A DNA stretch of 62,832 bases, filler included, from Choristocarpus tenellus KU-1152 (GCA_964200185.2; 8 parts of 8 records of this genome joined end to end with filler, not necessarily neighbours in it); one strand, 5' to 3'. Positions 13,801 to 28,397 are shown, counted from the first letter of the whole stretch. Translations and numbers: made by a program. The notes: generated by a model from the sequence alone, not told the origin.

Positions 13801-16524
13801 TACATGTTGAGAGGATGGTGGAGTATCAAATTATATATATTGTGCAAATGGAAGTATCGAGGACAAGGATTAAGCAAACCATGCAAATGTCTAACAACTA
13901 GGGCAATGTAGACTAACGCGCCAACAGCGAAACATCTTGTGCATCAATTTTTCATATACTTGAAATAGGGGATATGGAGGTGGAGGGGATCGCATCTAAC
14001 ACTATACTGTGGATGGTTTAGGGATTGGGCTAGAGAAACACTTTTAGTACTAGAGCAATATGAAGCCAGAAATGTGCATACACTTGCACATTTCAAGAGG
14101 ACTGCCCCAAATTGTTCACTATACAAGTGAAAATAACAATGTAGGTTCTATCTTTACCTACTCCTTACATCTACATTTGAGTCAGCAATAGAGTTAAATT
14201 ACAGATATGGTTATGGTTCAGGTTAGAGTCAGGGCCAGGGTCAGGGAAAATACCAGCTCAACCTTGCTCAAGCTTCACAAGCTCAAATTGTATCTGAAAT
14301 GCAATCCTGCAGTCAAAGTGATTCTCAGGCAAAACCCTCCAACTTTTCAATCATAACACTGCCGTGCATGTCATGTCCAAGATACACCTCAAAAAGAAAG
14401 GAATGGTCATGGCCTTTCCAAGCTGATTACACCTCATTCATGTGACTAAACTACGACATGCGCATGATCTCTAGGTATGAAGTGATTTGCAAATAATAGT
14501 AGAGCAGAGGCAAGTTGAGAGAGAGGGGGGATATCATGGAGAAAATTTCTGAAAAGCAACTTTTTCACCAATAAATTAGCACTCCTTACATCAAAGTGCC
14601 AAGTACACATCCTCCTTGCACCTCCCAAATTCCCTCAATATCAAGCATAAGGAAGTAGAGGTCTCTCTACATGTGGATGATCATTCCCATGTGGCGATTC
14701 CAATACTCTGTACAGGATTGGAGCAAGCCCGAAAGCATGGGAGTGTCTCTCTGGGGAAGTAATGTCCATATTTACTAGGTACGGAATACTTCAGGACAAA
14801 TAAATGCACCCCAATGGCTCAGTACGAATAATGCGATAGAAGCATCTACCTCAATCTTAACATGACTGGGGAAAAGAAAGTCACCTGAGCTCAGCCATGC
14901 CCCGAGAGACACCTGCTTTGTTCCTCGTTTGGGCGTCCTTTTCTTTGCAACCCAATTCCCATACCCTGGACTTGCGACGCTCCTCTTTCCACTGCTAGAA
15001 CCATCACCACTTTTATGATTGTTGAAGTCTCCATCCATTATTGTTGCTGAAACAGAGGTGTTTAGCAAACTCAACACCTTCACTTAGCTTATCTGCCTCA
15101 AGGCCAGGTAAAAATACTATGTCGCACCACCACCGTGGTACTAGCAGCGGGCAATACTGTAACTGACGGCAGCGAGGGAGAGGGGTCAAATCGATGTAAT
15201 AGTGGTTCTATGTCAAGTGAATATAATTCGACTCAAGGCGGGGGTCAGGGTTAGGGTTAGGGAACGTGTTCATGTTAGCTTTTATCCAAAACTTCATTTG
15301 TGCCTGAGAACCTGAAGCATTGCTCTAGCTAGCTTTTGTTTCACCAGTTGAGTCGGGGAGGATCTGTGAGGCAAATGCACTCGCAAACACTTCCCTAATT
15401 GGGCAACTCCTTCCCCCCAACATTCCCTCTTCACCTACGTTGGGAGAGTTCAACATCAACGGATAATTAAGCGAACAAAGGGCAACAACGTTCAACTGAT
15501 AAAATGGAGGGCATGCCGTTTCCTCTCAAAAAACGAACGGAAGTGCAAGAGGGTCAACCTTTCCCCCCACAAAGCGGTCTTGAAATAGCAAAACCCGCAT
15601 CTACACACTCAATCATCCACAGTACGGGCGCCATCAAACCGATTTCTTACCTCATGGTAGATAAATTGAATGCCCACTACGAAATAGATCCCCATCCCAA
15701 CTAAAGAAAGCAAGGAGCATAAAGGCCTTCGTATAGAGCTCGAACATCACGGACTTGCCATGAGTAGTGCCAAAGTGCATCATAGGAACTCGCAACACCA
15801 AGATTTTCTACTACCTCTCTTACCTACGAGATTCGTACCATCTATGCCATGGACCTGACTTGAAAGCACCGTTGAGAGGGGAGAAAGCGAAGAGTCAAAC
15901 CCACCCTCTCAATTTCCTCTCCTTTTTCCCTTCTACCTCTGTCCTCAGGCACTATCAAGAGAAGAACATGCCTTTAGCACTGTGAATCCGTAGACTTACA
16001 CCACTTTACTACGGTTCGTCCTCTCCCACTCCTCCGCCCTTTGATTTCACCAGGAGTCGTCAACTCTCTGTCAAAATGTACTCGTTTTACAAGGAGGTAT
16101 TCCACCAATTTGAAATTCTTCAGTGTTTTATACATTACTACTATACAACATGATAATTTTTGAATTGATTGAACCAGCACTATCTTGTTGACACGCGGTG
16201 GCGCGCAGGTCACCATCTCTTCTCCATATCTCACCCATTTCCCAACACATTCACAACTACTTGTAGTGAGTCGTGGGTAATGATACCTTACATTTACCAA
16301 AAATGAACACAAACGTAGTCCTGTAAGTTCACACATAAACTCAATCATGCGACCCTAAAATAAGTCAGATGAGGCTTACGTGCCATCAAACTTCGTTTTG
16401 AACATACATTAATATTCCATTAGAGCTAGGGGGAAGAAAATATTCACACTGGTAGAAACAAAGTCAGTAGTGCAAAGTAAGGTCAAACCAGTTGAATGGT
16501 AAACATAGGCAGGTTTGAATTTTA

Positions 16525-16745
16525 TGGATCCCAAGAAAGGGCAAAAAAACAGCATTTTGTACAATTTCAGAAACACTATTTGCCTAACGGTGGGATAACT
16601 TTGTGTGTGGAAAGGGGGGATATCAATTTTGGCTACACTGTGTATAGTCTCAGAGCAATGAAATAGAGTGTATTGCACAGGGTAAGAAATATGGTTCAGA
16701 ATGCAAAAGTGTCCAAACCTGTCTACTTCTTCTGTATTTGTTTGG
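16525..16745 (+). repeat. Dispersed repeat family D, copy 1
   Basis: Collinear with 32600-32805 (GGATCCC...TTGTGTGTG...GCAATGAAATA...GTCCAAACCTGTC). Confidence 0.7.
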
Positions 16746-19700
16746 TTCAATCCGAATCCTCCCTTCACATTCGAAAAAGCTCAAATCTCTTTTGTACCAC
16801 ACTACAAGAAGCGATCCTGTTACAAATACCAACTGCAATATAAGATAAGACACTCCAATCAGTGGGGAGAATGCCAATAACAAAAAATAGCCCAGATCAG
16901 AGTCCACCATCATCATGACAACCAATTCATAAGAAGTAGAACAAATGACAATCTTGATCTGGACAAACATAAACCGCAGGTAGGTGCAACATCGCATGGG
17001 ATAGGACAGAACAAACGCTTACAGGCAGCCATAGTGGCCCCATACTGGCTTAATCAATAACACTAAACAGAAGTGTTGCACAGGTGCACAATCAATCAGC
17101 AGTCTCAACTAAAAGTCAGTGCTGCCATCTTTGCAAGTTCAGAATGTTTCGGCATGCAGGAATTATACATTGTACAACTGACGGTGATAGACCCAGAAGT
17201 TCAGACACCATACCAATCCCAATATATATATATATATATATATATCCAAAGCAACTCCAATGTGGCTCAAGAACTAGGTGCTCCAGAAACACACAGCAGT
17301 CCGCCTGCTGAATCATGCCACACAATCAGCAACTTGACAGCAGCTAAGGTCCTTACGAAAAAGTATTCCACACAAAAGTTCTTCAAGGCTGGGTGGGACA
17401 GGTGTTTTCTCAGTGAATCCGACTTAACCTATGTTTCGACGTCACAAATCAGTACGACCTATCACGACCACGTGTACAGTAGTTAAAAATGATAAAAAAA
17501 TAAGGAATCTTACGGTGTACACATAATTTTGAGTAGAGTCACAACAGCAGCGCCTATTTTGGGGGATGCTAGGGGGTTTGGGATAAAACTGTCGTAAGGA
17601 GGAAATTTTAACGCAGTACAATGATGTACCCAACTCATCAAATGGAACAATAAGAACAAATTATATACCAAGACCTAATTTAACATTTCAGAGCAATCTA
17701 CTCCCTTGGCATCCTCGTATTAATTCAGGATTTGATCACAAAATAATGGACTGCAAAATCAAACAAATTAATACCATGTGCAGGGAAGAGCTCAAGATTG
17801 ATGAGGTTGAAAGCTTCGTTCGTAAATCTCAATAAGTTAACTATTCAGAGGAAGAACCAATTTTTTTGGGGGATAATCACCAAGTTCAGTGGACTTGTCT
17901 TAGACCACCAAGATTGTGAAGGTGGTCTACTATCCTTGCTCTTTTACACAATCTTAAGGAAAACATAGAAACCTCTGTGTGTTGCTGGAGAGTACGCTTG
18001 TTCATGTTTTCAGGCTTCAACTCAAACAAGAGACACAAGCCTGCCTTCGGTCAGTCATGCTTTGTGCTAGATGCATTGCCGATAACTATTCAAGTTACAT
18101 CAGAGGTGCCCGAGATTATGAAGAAAAAAAGTAACCCTTGAAATAACCAACCCTTACCAACCTATGGGTACAGCTAACCCACTCTTCTTGGCTTGGAAGC
18201 AGTATCAAGCACCCCAAATACTGCACATTATCTTTTCTTCACTCAGAGACTTTGGATCAGACTTTCACTTTCAACCAATAAAATCACTAACAACTTCAAA
18301 TTCATCTGCCTAAGCAATGACAAACAAAAAGGAGTTCAGGTAGCGGTTCTTCCACACAGGTGAAAATAAGTTTACAATTTGGAGATGATGATGGTAATAG
18401 TACATTGAAAAATAACATTGCAGAAACGGTAGGACAACTTCCTGCTGAGGGAGGCCCACATTTGTACAACTCAGTACGACTGAGATCAAGCAGTCCCATA
18501 CACTCCTCATTCCAGCCTACCGTCTCAGAGACCTTCACTAATGGAGCAGTGTCAAAAAGACTGCTTCACTTTGTCCAGGATTGTTGTTTCAAGTACCATA
18601 CCCCGTACAACAGTATCTGGGAAGAGGCTGAAGTGAATCAACAGCCCCCAGAAAAAAGGACGGAGAGGTTCTTGGTATACAAACTATTGTGTTTGGCGTA
18701 TATGCGTGACTGGATAACTAACACATCCAGCGCACCCACAACTCTGGCCTCCACCGTAAGCGAAACGGGAATTGTTTCGGTACAATAAAAATGGACTGGC
18801 CACGGCAATGAAGAGTTGAATCTGCAAAGAGTTGTGTCACGAAAGTATGATTTGATGTGGAATGACCTTGCACTCAAAGTTAACATTAGGTCTATCGCCA
18901 CCGATTCTGCAACCATTGTCGAAGGTTTTTCATCAGGCATATGGTCATAGTTGAGCCAACAAAAAAATTCGTGTTAACAACTGAGAGTGTGGAAAACAGT
19001 CGATACTCCTGAGTTCATGTGGTACACTCAAGTGTGCGTTTGACATCAGTGAAACAGCAGGCGTGGTTGGGGGTATTAGGTGAAATGGAAGTCGCAGCTT
19101 TAACGCAACGGTCAACACTGCACGGTAGGATACCGCGTTCAATGGACCTGTGGGCCTTGTTTGTAGTGCCAATGGCTTTGAATATGAGCGTTAAGGCACA
19201 ATCACAACAAAATATGAAATGACACGAAGTCCTTGAGTCTCCCACTATATCCATTGTTCAGACAAAATGTAGCAACAAAATTGGGTTAGGTCGCTGCAAA
19301 GTCTACACATCACCATAATACAATGCATACATAATAAATGGTCGGATTGTAATCTCGTGACGTCATTATTTTTGAATTTTTTGAAACTATTGGTCCATGT
19401 TTGGGGATGGTTGGAGATATTCGTTTAGATACCAACTTTGAAACAATCAATCTGAGGTTACTCGATTAAGGCATTGAAGAGTACCAATTTTCTCACCAAA
19501 ATTCCACCTCCCAGACGTAATTATTTGCGGGCACACTAAGGATTCCGTTGCCTGTCTTTGCGGACGTCTTGTCGGAGTGCTTGGAGCAAGAGCGAGAGTA
19601 GAGGGTACAGTAGGGTGGTGTGTTCTTGTGTGTGTGTGTTTGTGTGTTTGCAGAGACAGTAACCATGCCCCCCTAGAATCGAACAGAGAAAAACACGTGA

Positions 19701-20950
19701 GCACCTCGAGGAAGGCTGCAGTGGGTAGTTGGTTTTGTCTAGGGTTTTGTGAGGTATTTCTAGTGTGGTCTCTACTGTTCGGAAACCCCTTCAAGACGAC
19801 AGAAGTGAGAGTATACAGGAAACGGCGGACTTGGGCGGTTCTAAGACAGTGAAGGCGAAAGAGACTTTGTGTTTTCCTTCAAAGGGTACTAGAGTAACCT
19901 ATCACTTCTCTTCGTGGACCGGGGCTTGGAGTACCTGCGGTGTCTCTGTCAGGGAGGAAAATTGGAGGGGAGTTGTGTGGGCTGTGGCGAGGCTCTGGGG
20001 AAGCAATTTAGTCCTCTTCGGGTCTTCTGTCGTAGGTTACTCAGAGATAAACAGGTGAATTATACTATGGTTTGCACCAGGGATAGATGTTGGGGCAGTT
20101 ATCCCAACGCAAACAATAAAATTTCATTCAACCTCTTTGTTATGTTTTGGTATTTTTCGGTTTTGTCTATTTTGTGGACTTTCCAACTCAAGGACATCAA
20201 TACCTACCTTTCATTCCCTCTCCCTGATTTAAAATGTTACTGCGGGTGAGATATAATACACAGGAGTTGTGAGCATCGATCCTTAAACTAGCCTTAACCC
20301 CATCCCTCAATTCGAGCACTTCATGCATAGCTCATGGTCTTCAAATCTCATCAGCCTTTGTGCTATGTCCTGTCGAATTACATTACTTCCCACATTGTTT
20401 ACACGCTAGCTGAATCCCCTACACCAACTTAGCAATAGGTGAGGCTGCATTTTTGCTCCTCTCGTGTTTTCATCATTGGGTGTTGGGTATCAAATAAATT
20501 GATACTTTCGTTTTCCACCCTTGAGAAGTCCTATAGTATTATTCTAATTCCTCACTGCCACTGCCACTGCCACTGCCACAGCCTACCAATAGCTGTCCAT
20601 ATGTTCAGCCCTGCCAAGGCCAAACTTAATTTACGACCAACAACAAACCACTAACACTTCAATCAAAACTTGAGGAAGCAAATTTGGGCGCCTCCCAAAC
20701 ATGAGAAAAAAAGGCGTTTCTTGAACAGTGGGCAGACGAATTTTGCCTCCCTTTTATCTTTCTTTTTTAGAGCACTCCTTTTCTTTTGGTTGCTTTGCTT
20801 TTGTGAACTACCCATTTCTAGTTTTGTTGTACAACTCGGCAACATTTAAACCAATGGGAAGACCTGTACTCCACATTGAGCCAGTAGTATATGCTTGCAA
20901 TACATCTTCATACTTTTACTAAACACACGTTCATCTCATGACTCCCTCGG

Positions 20951-21007
20951 TCTTTTAGAGTTAGGGCTTGGTCTTTGGAGTTAGGGCTTGGTCTTTAGAG
21001 TTAGGGC
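20951..21007. repeat. 20-bp minisatellite x3 containing TTAGGG
   Basis: (GTCTTTRGAGTTAGGGCTTG) x about 3. Confidence 0.85.
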
Positions 21008-21212
21008 TCCAATCAACATGTTTCAACCTGCCACCCTCCGTACTGACCTCTTCTTTCTTCCCTGAAAAACAGTAGTCACCCTAATCCCAACCCCGTTCTT
21101 AACCCCACCATGCGCAAGAGTGTGTCCTACCCTAAGCTCACATGCACAACCCACCCTGACCTAAGAAGTCTACTCTGTACTAAACGTTACCAAACGTGGT
21201 CAAGGACACCCA

Positions 21213-21232
21213 ACCCTAACCCTAACCCTAAC
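21213..21232. repeat. Interstitial telomeric repeat (CCCTAA)3
   Basis: ccctaaccctaaccctaa; shorter arrays at about 12506, 15250 and 25665. Confidence 0.75.
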
Positions 21233-24086
21233 CACATAATAGCCCACAAAGCAGCAAGGACACCATAATCTTGATGCGAATACACAACTTCCCAATCTCC
21301 AGACCCAAGGCCCACCTACCTGGTGTCCTACAATGAAACTATACTGGATCGAACCTATAATTTCATCAAACACAAAAAACGTTAAAAATTACCAACAGCA
21401 TATTATAAGAAAATAAAAATACACCTTTTGTGTAAAACATTTTTTTTCCCCGTTGTTCGATCTCCAACCCAGTAAGAGTTATTGGGCTCCCCTTTGCTTG
21501 GTTCAATTCAGGGAGGACTTAGCTTTCCGCCTTGTATTGGATGCATCAGTCTTGAGTACTTTCTGGGGTGCCGTAAGCACATCCATTTTTGTCATTTTTT
21601 TGTTTGTTTCAACCATCACGGGGCGGTAGATATACGGTCCAGATCGTCACTCTTTAACAAAAAAAATCAATTTCCAATCCCCCCTAAAAAAAAAAGGCAT
21701 TAAAAAAAACACAATTTATGTGTGATTCCAGCGCGTCCTGCGCTAGCATCAACCTCAACCAACCGAAATGGAAAAAGAAGAGAAAAAAAAAACTCTTTCT
21801 AGTTCACGTATCCACTTAACTCTTTGGACGAACGTAATCGTAGCCGTCGGGGTGTGGCAAGTTCATGTTTAGGCGTTCTTCACAACAGGGGCATAGTCCG
21901 GAGAACTGATGTCATACGTATGGGAAGTAATCGGCAGCAGTTGACTGCCCTGGGCAACAGATGTTGTGGGCTGAATTGGCTCAGACCTTTTTTCGAACAT
22001 GGGATAGTATAGAGGAAGTGGGCCGAGACGTTTTCCGGGACAGGTGATGTCAGAGAGCAAATGGGAGATGAGCGTTTGCTAGAGACATGGCTAATTATAG
22101 AGCAAGTGTCTCAAACTTGAGCGTTTGCACTGTGGTGTACCTCACGAGGGAGTGCAATGAAAAAAACGACCACCACACCCCACGCCCCCACCCCCTATNN
22201 NNNNNNNNNNNNNNNNNNNNNNNNNNNNNNNNNNNNNNNNNNTTAATTAATTAANNNNNNNNNNNNNNNNNNNNNNNNNNNNNNNNNNNNNNNNNNNNTG
22301 TTCGGTGTCGTTGGATGGAAGGTATAGTTGTTGGGTCGTGTGATGAATCTGGGCTGCGTAAGACATTGTTGTGATGTGGTGTATTCTGTTTCCTCTTTGT
22401 GTTGATAAGAAAAAGATAATTGCTAAGTAACAAACAGAAAAAAAGGATACATAAATACACATATGTTTGTATGTAAGTATGTACTTGCTGCAATGTGTGG
22501 TGCTAAATGTTGCAGACAGTATCCATAGTGGCAGTCTGGCAGTCTGTCTTTTGTAGTTTGTGGCTAAGAACAAAGGTATGTAGGTAGGTAGGAAGGTTCC
22601 TTTGTTCTTTTTCTTCAGTTATTGGGTAGGTAGGTAGGAAGGATAGGTAGGATAGGTTGGATTTATTTTTTTTCAGGTTGCGGTATTGAAGAAGATAAAA
22701 AAGCATGGACTTGCCTGCAATTTCCAACCGAAAAAATTCCATTTTTCAACCTAAGGGGCGATGAAGGAGAATGAAAAGGTTTGCCAACACATTGACGAGA
22801 CTGTGTACATGTTATTTTATTTTGTTTGTTTTCCTCTTTACAAGCAGAGTCTGCAGATTGTTCAACTTGAACTTGAACTTGACTATTGGATTGCCACTTA
22901 ACGGTATTACTGTATTATTGTACTTGTACCTCTGGTGCAGGAGCGTGTTGAATATCATATTCCTCCATGCTTGCTGCCTTTTTCCTCAGCAATAATCATA
23001 CAATACAATCACACAAGTACAACTGCCCATGAGCTTTGACAAGATTCAAGAGATGTAGATGAGAACACCATTACATTAATGTGTCCAATTGGCCTAGACA
23101 TTGCTTTTTGTACCAGTGTATATCCTGACTGGATGGATGGATGGATGGATGGATATGTCAGGTGACAAAGATGATGGACCTCCTTGAGGGCCATGAAAAT
23201 AATGAGGAAGGTTCAATGATATCGATGATATCAGGAAGGCGAGGTTCGAAGGGTACTGCTAGGTTGGAGGTGAGCTTGTTTCAGAAGGTGGATGTAATTT
23301 AATTTGATTTGATTAGATTAGATTAGATTAGATTAGATTGGGTTAAATGAAACTCAGGACCAGCTTCGTAGGGGGGTTTTGTTTTGAGGGTGATGCTAAG
23401 AGTTTGCTCTTTTTTCTAGGGTTAGAGATTACAGAAATATTGTGCCACATGGAGTTTGATTGTGGAATGCCTCCAACCAATGGAGGGGGGGAGGGGTATT
23501 AAAGAAGCTGATGTTCCCAAGACTTGTGTATGTAAATGACTTGATTAATTCCTTACTAGGTTAGACAGGTCTTAGATGAAGTAAGGATTGAGTCCTTGAT
23601 ACAGTGTTTCCTATTCCTGAACTCTTCCATATTCTAGTTCCTTAACCCAACCTTACATTCTATTCTTCAGAACACAAACATTGCCTCTTCATCCCTTAAA
23701 TTGTTTCTTAAAGAACCTACTTTTACACATGAACAAAAATGCATATTCTTGACAGGGGGGGGGAGGGGCTCTCGTGTATGATCAAGAATAGTATCGTTTG
23801 CACTACGTTTTATAAACAGTGCTCTAGGTATGATTTCGGTTTAGTCATTGGCATGGTACTATATAACTAACAAGAATACCTTTGATGGTATATTAATGAG
23901 ATTGCTTATACCATCGGGGTAAATACATACCGTCATACCACTCCCACTACCAATTTACAAGACAGTGGGAAACTGAATTTTTTTGTTACTTGGCAGTGCC
24001 AGTTGAGAAAATCCTTCTATTTTAAAATTTTGCCATCAAGAGCGGGGCTGTTCGAATTTTAGTAGAACATTTTTTTTGTTTTACAT

Positions 24087-24089
<3 letters not shown>

Positions 24090-24143
<54 letters not shown>
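24090..24143. repeat. (CA)n microsatellite
   Basis: Perfect dinucleotide run. Others in the window: (TA)n ~17223 and ~31582, (GGAT)n ~23131, (GATTA)n ~23311, (CAGA)n ~60768. Confidence 0.95.
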
Positions 24144-24145
<2 letters not shown>

Positions 24146-24272
24146 CCTCCCTTCTCTCCTCTTGTCCTCTCCGTGCAAAACCAAAAATGGTATCAGGGAC
24201 ACACCTACCTTCTTGTATCCCCCCCCCCCTCCTCCTTCAACTTTGACTCAACTTTAACTCTTGTACGAACAG

Positions 24273-26616
24273 GTGGATCAGCTCATCTGCGAGCAACTCT
24301 TGGAGCTCCTTCGGGAGAGAATACCAGTAGCAACCAAGCTGTTGCCTGGGACTAACGAAACTCTCAAACAGGCTTCTGAGCGCGCTGCTACAACAGGGGC
24401 GGTGGTAGGCCTCCCAGGGTGGTGGAAACGCCCTCTCTGTGATCTGGACCTGGTGAAGGTGCAGCGAGAGTGTGTTATTTTTTACTAGTATATTGCAAGG
24501 CGGTTCTTTGTTTTGAGACCGATTGTGTCATTATTTTGTTTCGTTTGTACTGGTAGGTAGTTTTATATCTTGTAATACATATTTTATTTTAATTGATTCC
24601 TTGTGTTCCCACGTGGTACTTGGCAGGCATGCCACTGTTGAACCACTGTTGAACTTATTGGTAGTAAGAAAAAAACATATTGATACTGAATATGATTGAT
24701 TGCTATTGTCGCCTTAGTTACCCTGGTAACTTGATTTTGGAGGACTTGAACTGACAACTCGTTTTGTGCCTCTGTTGAAGATAGTTCACAGGCACCAAGC
24801 CTGTTCCAGGAAACTGATTCTCTATTAATCTGGTCCTCCCAGGTTGGGCATTTTTATAGTCCCCCTGGTAACTTGGGACTCTTATGTCTGGTGATAGAAG
24901 AAAACCTTCTTAGAGTGAGCCTGTCAGAATGTCCATGTCACACAAATGGAAGGAGGGTGGCTTAGGGGGGGTATTTGAAGCACCTTTATTCACACGTGTA
25001 TCTTGGGGTACTTTTGGACATATTTTGACCAGGCCAGTCCAGTAAAAAACATACATCAATGGCTGTCAACTGCTTCAACATAGGTAGACAACAGTCTGGT
25101 ACTAATATATCCCAACAGGGTCAATCTATAGCCATCACCTGTCTCAATATATCCGGCCTATGAGCTGACCCAATGCCATGACCCGGATCCAACCCTTTGC
25201 AACTGCCCAGTTTGATGGGAGAGGTTGTACCAAAGAATATCTGTTTACGGTTTAATAAAAAAAAAAACATGTTATAGGGCTGACCAATATCAGTCTCCAT
25301 TTATTTTCTGGTGGGCGAACGAGTCAAAGTATCTTAGGGTTAGGGTAGAGCCGCGTCCGTTTGGGGGCCAAAATCTAATGCTGCGATTTTGATGTAATTT
25401 TGGCGATTGTGTTTGTTAGGAAGTGTCAATATCCTTGCTCCAAACACATCTTTTCACAACATACACATTTTTCCTACTCTGAAACATTTCGGAGTAGGAA
25501 AATGTCATTAAAAAACCCTGGGAAGCCAAGCCCCAAGAGGACAAATAGGGAAAAATTCGAACCCTCTAAGATACTTTCACTCAACAGTACCAGAGAATTG
25601 AATGGATACCTCGATCAGCATTCTGCAAGTACTGTGGATATTGTTTTACTCCCACAGTGCCTGACTAACCCTAACCCTACCTAACCTTACCCTCCTTTCT
25701 ACTCCCCCCTCATTGTATTAATGTACTGACAGGGTGTTCGGCTGTATGGTATGGGCACCAAGAGCTGGGGGCTCATCTGGAAAGACAAGGGACTTTGCTT
25801 TGCAACTGCCCGCCAAGATGGAGATGCCTTTCCCAAGGGTAATATCTGCAAGAAGGTCCTCCTATCCCTGTGTCAAGCCATTCTGTGAGAACGTCACCGG
25901 AGGAGGAGGGCATTGTGGAGGAGAGGATGGATGTTACGCTTCAACAGACAATTGACTGTCAACATGAAGTACACTAAGAGAAGTTTATCGGCATGGAAGA
26001 AAATGACCGGAGATTTTGAAAATGAGACATGGGATGGGGTTCTTCCAAAAGATGCGGTCCTTTGCAAGTGTTCAATAGCCAATGAAGTAGTCTCTATATT
26101 GAGCTTACTTCACTTGACTCGGTAAAAGGATGGAGTCCACCCTATGGGGGGGGGGGGGGCTCATCATACCTAAGAACATGCATGATTGCTTGCTTGTGCT
26201 TAGTGTTGACTCCTTCAGCACAATAGCTGAGGGCTGAAGGAAGGGAATGAGAGGCAACAATACAGTCTAGGGTGTACCAAAGAGAGCATCTTCATTGTTT
26301 TTACTGTGTGCAGGGGTTGGCTCTGGTAGGGGAGAGTTGAGCACTTAAACAGGTGGTGCATGTATCAGTGGGGGAAAGTGTTTAGGGTTGATGATCATAA
26401 CCCTTAGGTATTACGGAGGAAAAGGGAAGTGATTACTGGGAAGGGAGTCAGGGTGCGTGTGCAAGAAAGAGAAGTCTTCTTTTTGTGTGTGTTTCTGATA
26501 GGTTAACTGCCCAGTGTGTGCTGATGGTGGTTGGGTTGTTGGTGAGTCACGGTTACGACTTTTTTGTCATGTGCAGGAGGAGAACAGACGGAAAGTGGAC
26601 GAATATGAATGAGTGA
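24273..26616 (+). CDS. C-terminal exons of a CHD-family (CHD6-9/Kismet-like) chromatin remodeller; upstream exons not identified
   Basis: Exons 24273-24458 and 25733-25884 join to give LPGWWKRPLCDLDLVK|GVRLYGMGTKSWGLIWKDKGLCF...FPKGNICKKVLLSL. This fits the WW-x4-D-x2-L-x2-GV-x2-(H/Y)G...D-x2-LCF segment of CHD SLIDE-like regions. Probable last exon 26577-26616. Confidence 0.6.
25321..25582 (+). mobile_element. MITE family A copy, in a CHD intron
   Basis: TIRs present, AAC on both flanks; the left TIR contains TTAGGGTTAGGG. Confidence 0.9.
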
Positions 26617-28397
26617 CATTTGGGCTCTAGATTTTTCATGGCAGTCTGCATTGTGGCAGGATAACCTCTCCGTGCATGTTGCAAAGATTTCCTCCACTGT
26701 CAATAGTGAGTATCAATAGTGCAGCATTCAAATAGCGCATTATTGTTGGGTGATGTAGTATTGCGTATTGAAGTAATAATAGGTTATCTTAGTATAGCAG
26801 CTGTTTCGTATTAGCGGTTTCTCTTTGTATGGGGACTTTGATGAACACTTCCTGATGGATGGCCTTGAATTTATTTCATGTTTGAAGTGGATCGGAGTGA
26901 TCAGAGGAATGCGAAGTCTATGTATCCTGTCTTACTCTTTTTTGGTCAGGCTCGTTTTGAAGCACACAAAAAACTTTTTTTCTTGAATTGTGGAGGCAGA
27001 CAGGAGAGGTGGACAAGGAATGTATGTATGTATACTGCTATACAATGTCAATATTATACCTTCGAATGCTTATGTTTTGAAGTCTAAGGACTACATGGAT
27101 TTATTACCCCTCGTTGACTGATTGATGAGTGGGATATCCGTACCTTAGTCTCCACCATCAGCAGCACAGCATCATATCGTAGGGACATAAATATTGCATG
27201 GGTGAAAGTCACCAATATGTGGACCAAAGCAATTTATAGTACATAGCTTTTTTGAGATTTTTTAAGTCTTTATTTATATCAAGTTCCGCTTCTATTAGGC
27301 ACTTCAAGGCGTTTTTGGTCTTCATTTCACAATCATATGCCATGAAGTGAGTATGGTGCAACAAGGCATGTCAACCAATAAGACCAGTCAAATTGTGTTT
27401 ACAAGAGAATGCCGAAAAGTGGCGCCACCACTGTATGACGCAAGTCTTCACCCAGTCCAATTTTCAAGGTGCAAGCAGCCCAAAGTTGGGATCTGTTCGG
27501 AGAGGGAGGATGATGTAAAACAACAACACTTTCCCATGCTACGACAATGCACTCCTACCCAACAATTTCAAAGTTTCGTATTAGCAAATGGTATTCTTCT
27601 GTCGTTATTTCCTTGGCAGAACTGAAGGTATAGTTTGCTCAGGTCTCAACAGACACTGAACGGACCTAGAAAAATGTGTGCACAGAACTGACGAGTTGGA
27701 TGCATGGATCAGGGTTGTCACTGACCAGGCGATCTTGATGTGCCAAACCTTGCTCCTCAGCACAGAGAATTGCCCACCAGTCTCCCATCTGTAAGGGCCG
27801 TAAAGTCCAAATATAGCACAATCTTGTGTCTACCAAACGTCGAAGTAGTCTTTGATATATGGCCAAAATGTTCACCATTTGCCTCATGCATCTTCCATCA
27901 CTAACTTGATCCTTCAATTACCACATAATAGCTCAAGGGAGCCGAAGAAGTTGCTAGGGATGGTATTGTTGCTGTGGAATCGAGGAGGAAGGTCCAGGGT
28001 CAGGATACACTGGGCAAGTTGGAGGCATGGAAGAGTGCACAGGAAGAGGAAAAGGAGGGTAGGCAAGCACTTTCACAGGCCTTGGTTCATAAGAGTGTGG
28101 AGTTTAGACAGCAACTAGAATCGCTTCAAAGATCACAGAACGACAAGGCTGACACTCTGTATGAAGATGTGAGGAGGTTGGATAAATGACTATCCAGAAG
28201 GGTGGAAGAGGCACAGGTACAGCACCAACAATCAAACATATTGATCAAGAATGTTCAAATGCTATCATAGAGAGGGGTGTGGTTGAGTTTTTGGCCCCCT
28301 GTGATTGCCTCCTGGTACATGTGCTTCTACCGCTCAGGGGGGCGATTTCACACTATGTGGAGAAATGCCTTTATCATCTCTTCCATAGTCACAACCT

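Noticed and set aside
14300-16350. Short ORFs 14775-15083 and 15974-16348 as TE or gene relics
   Set aside because: No recognisable motif, so no call can be supported.
25886-26125. In-frame TGA in the CHD exon followed by a long open frame, suggesting selenocysteine or read-through
   Set aside because: The TGA lies within a strong donor (CT|GTGAGA), and a phase-matched downstream exon exists at 26577.
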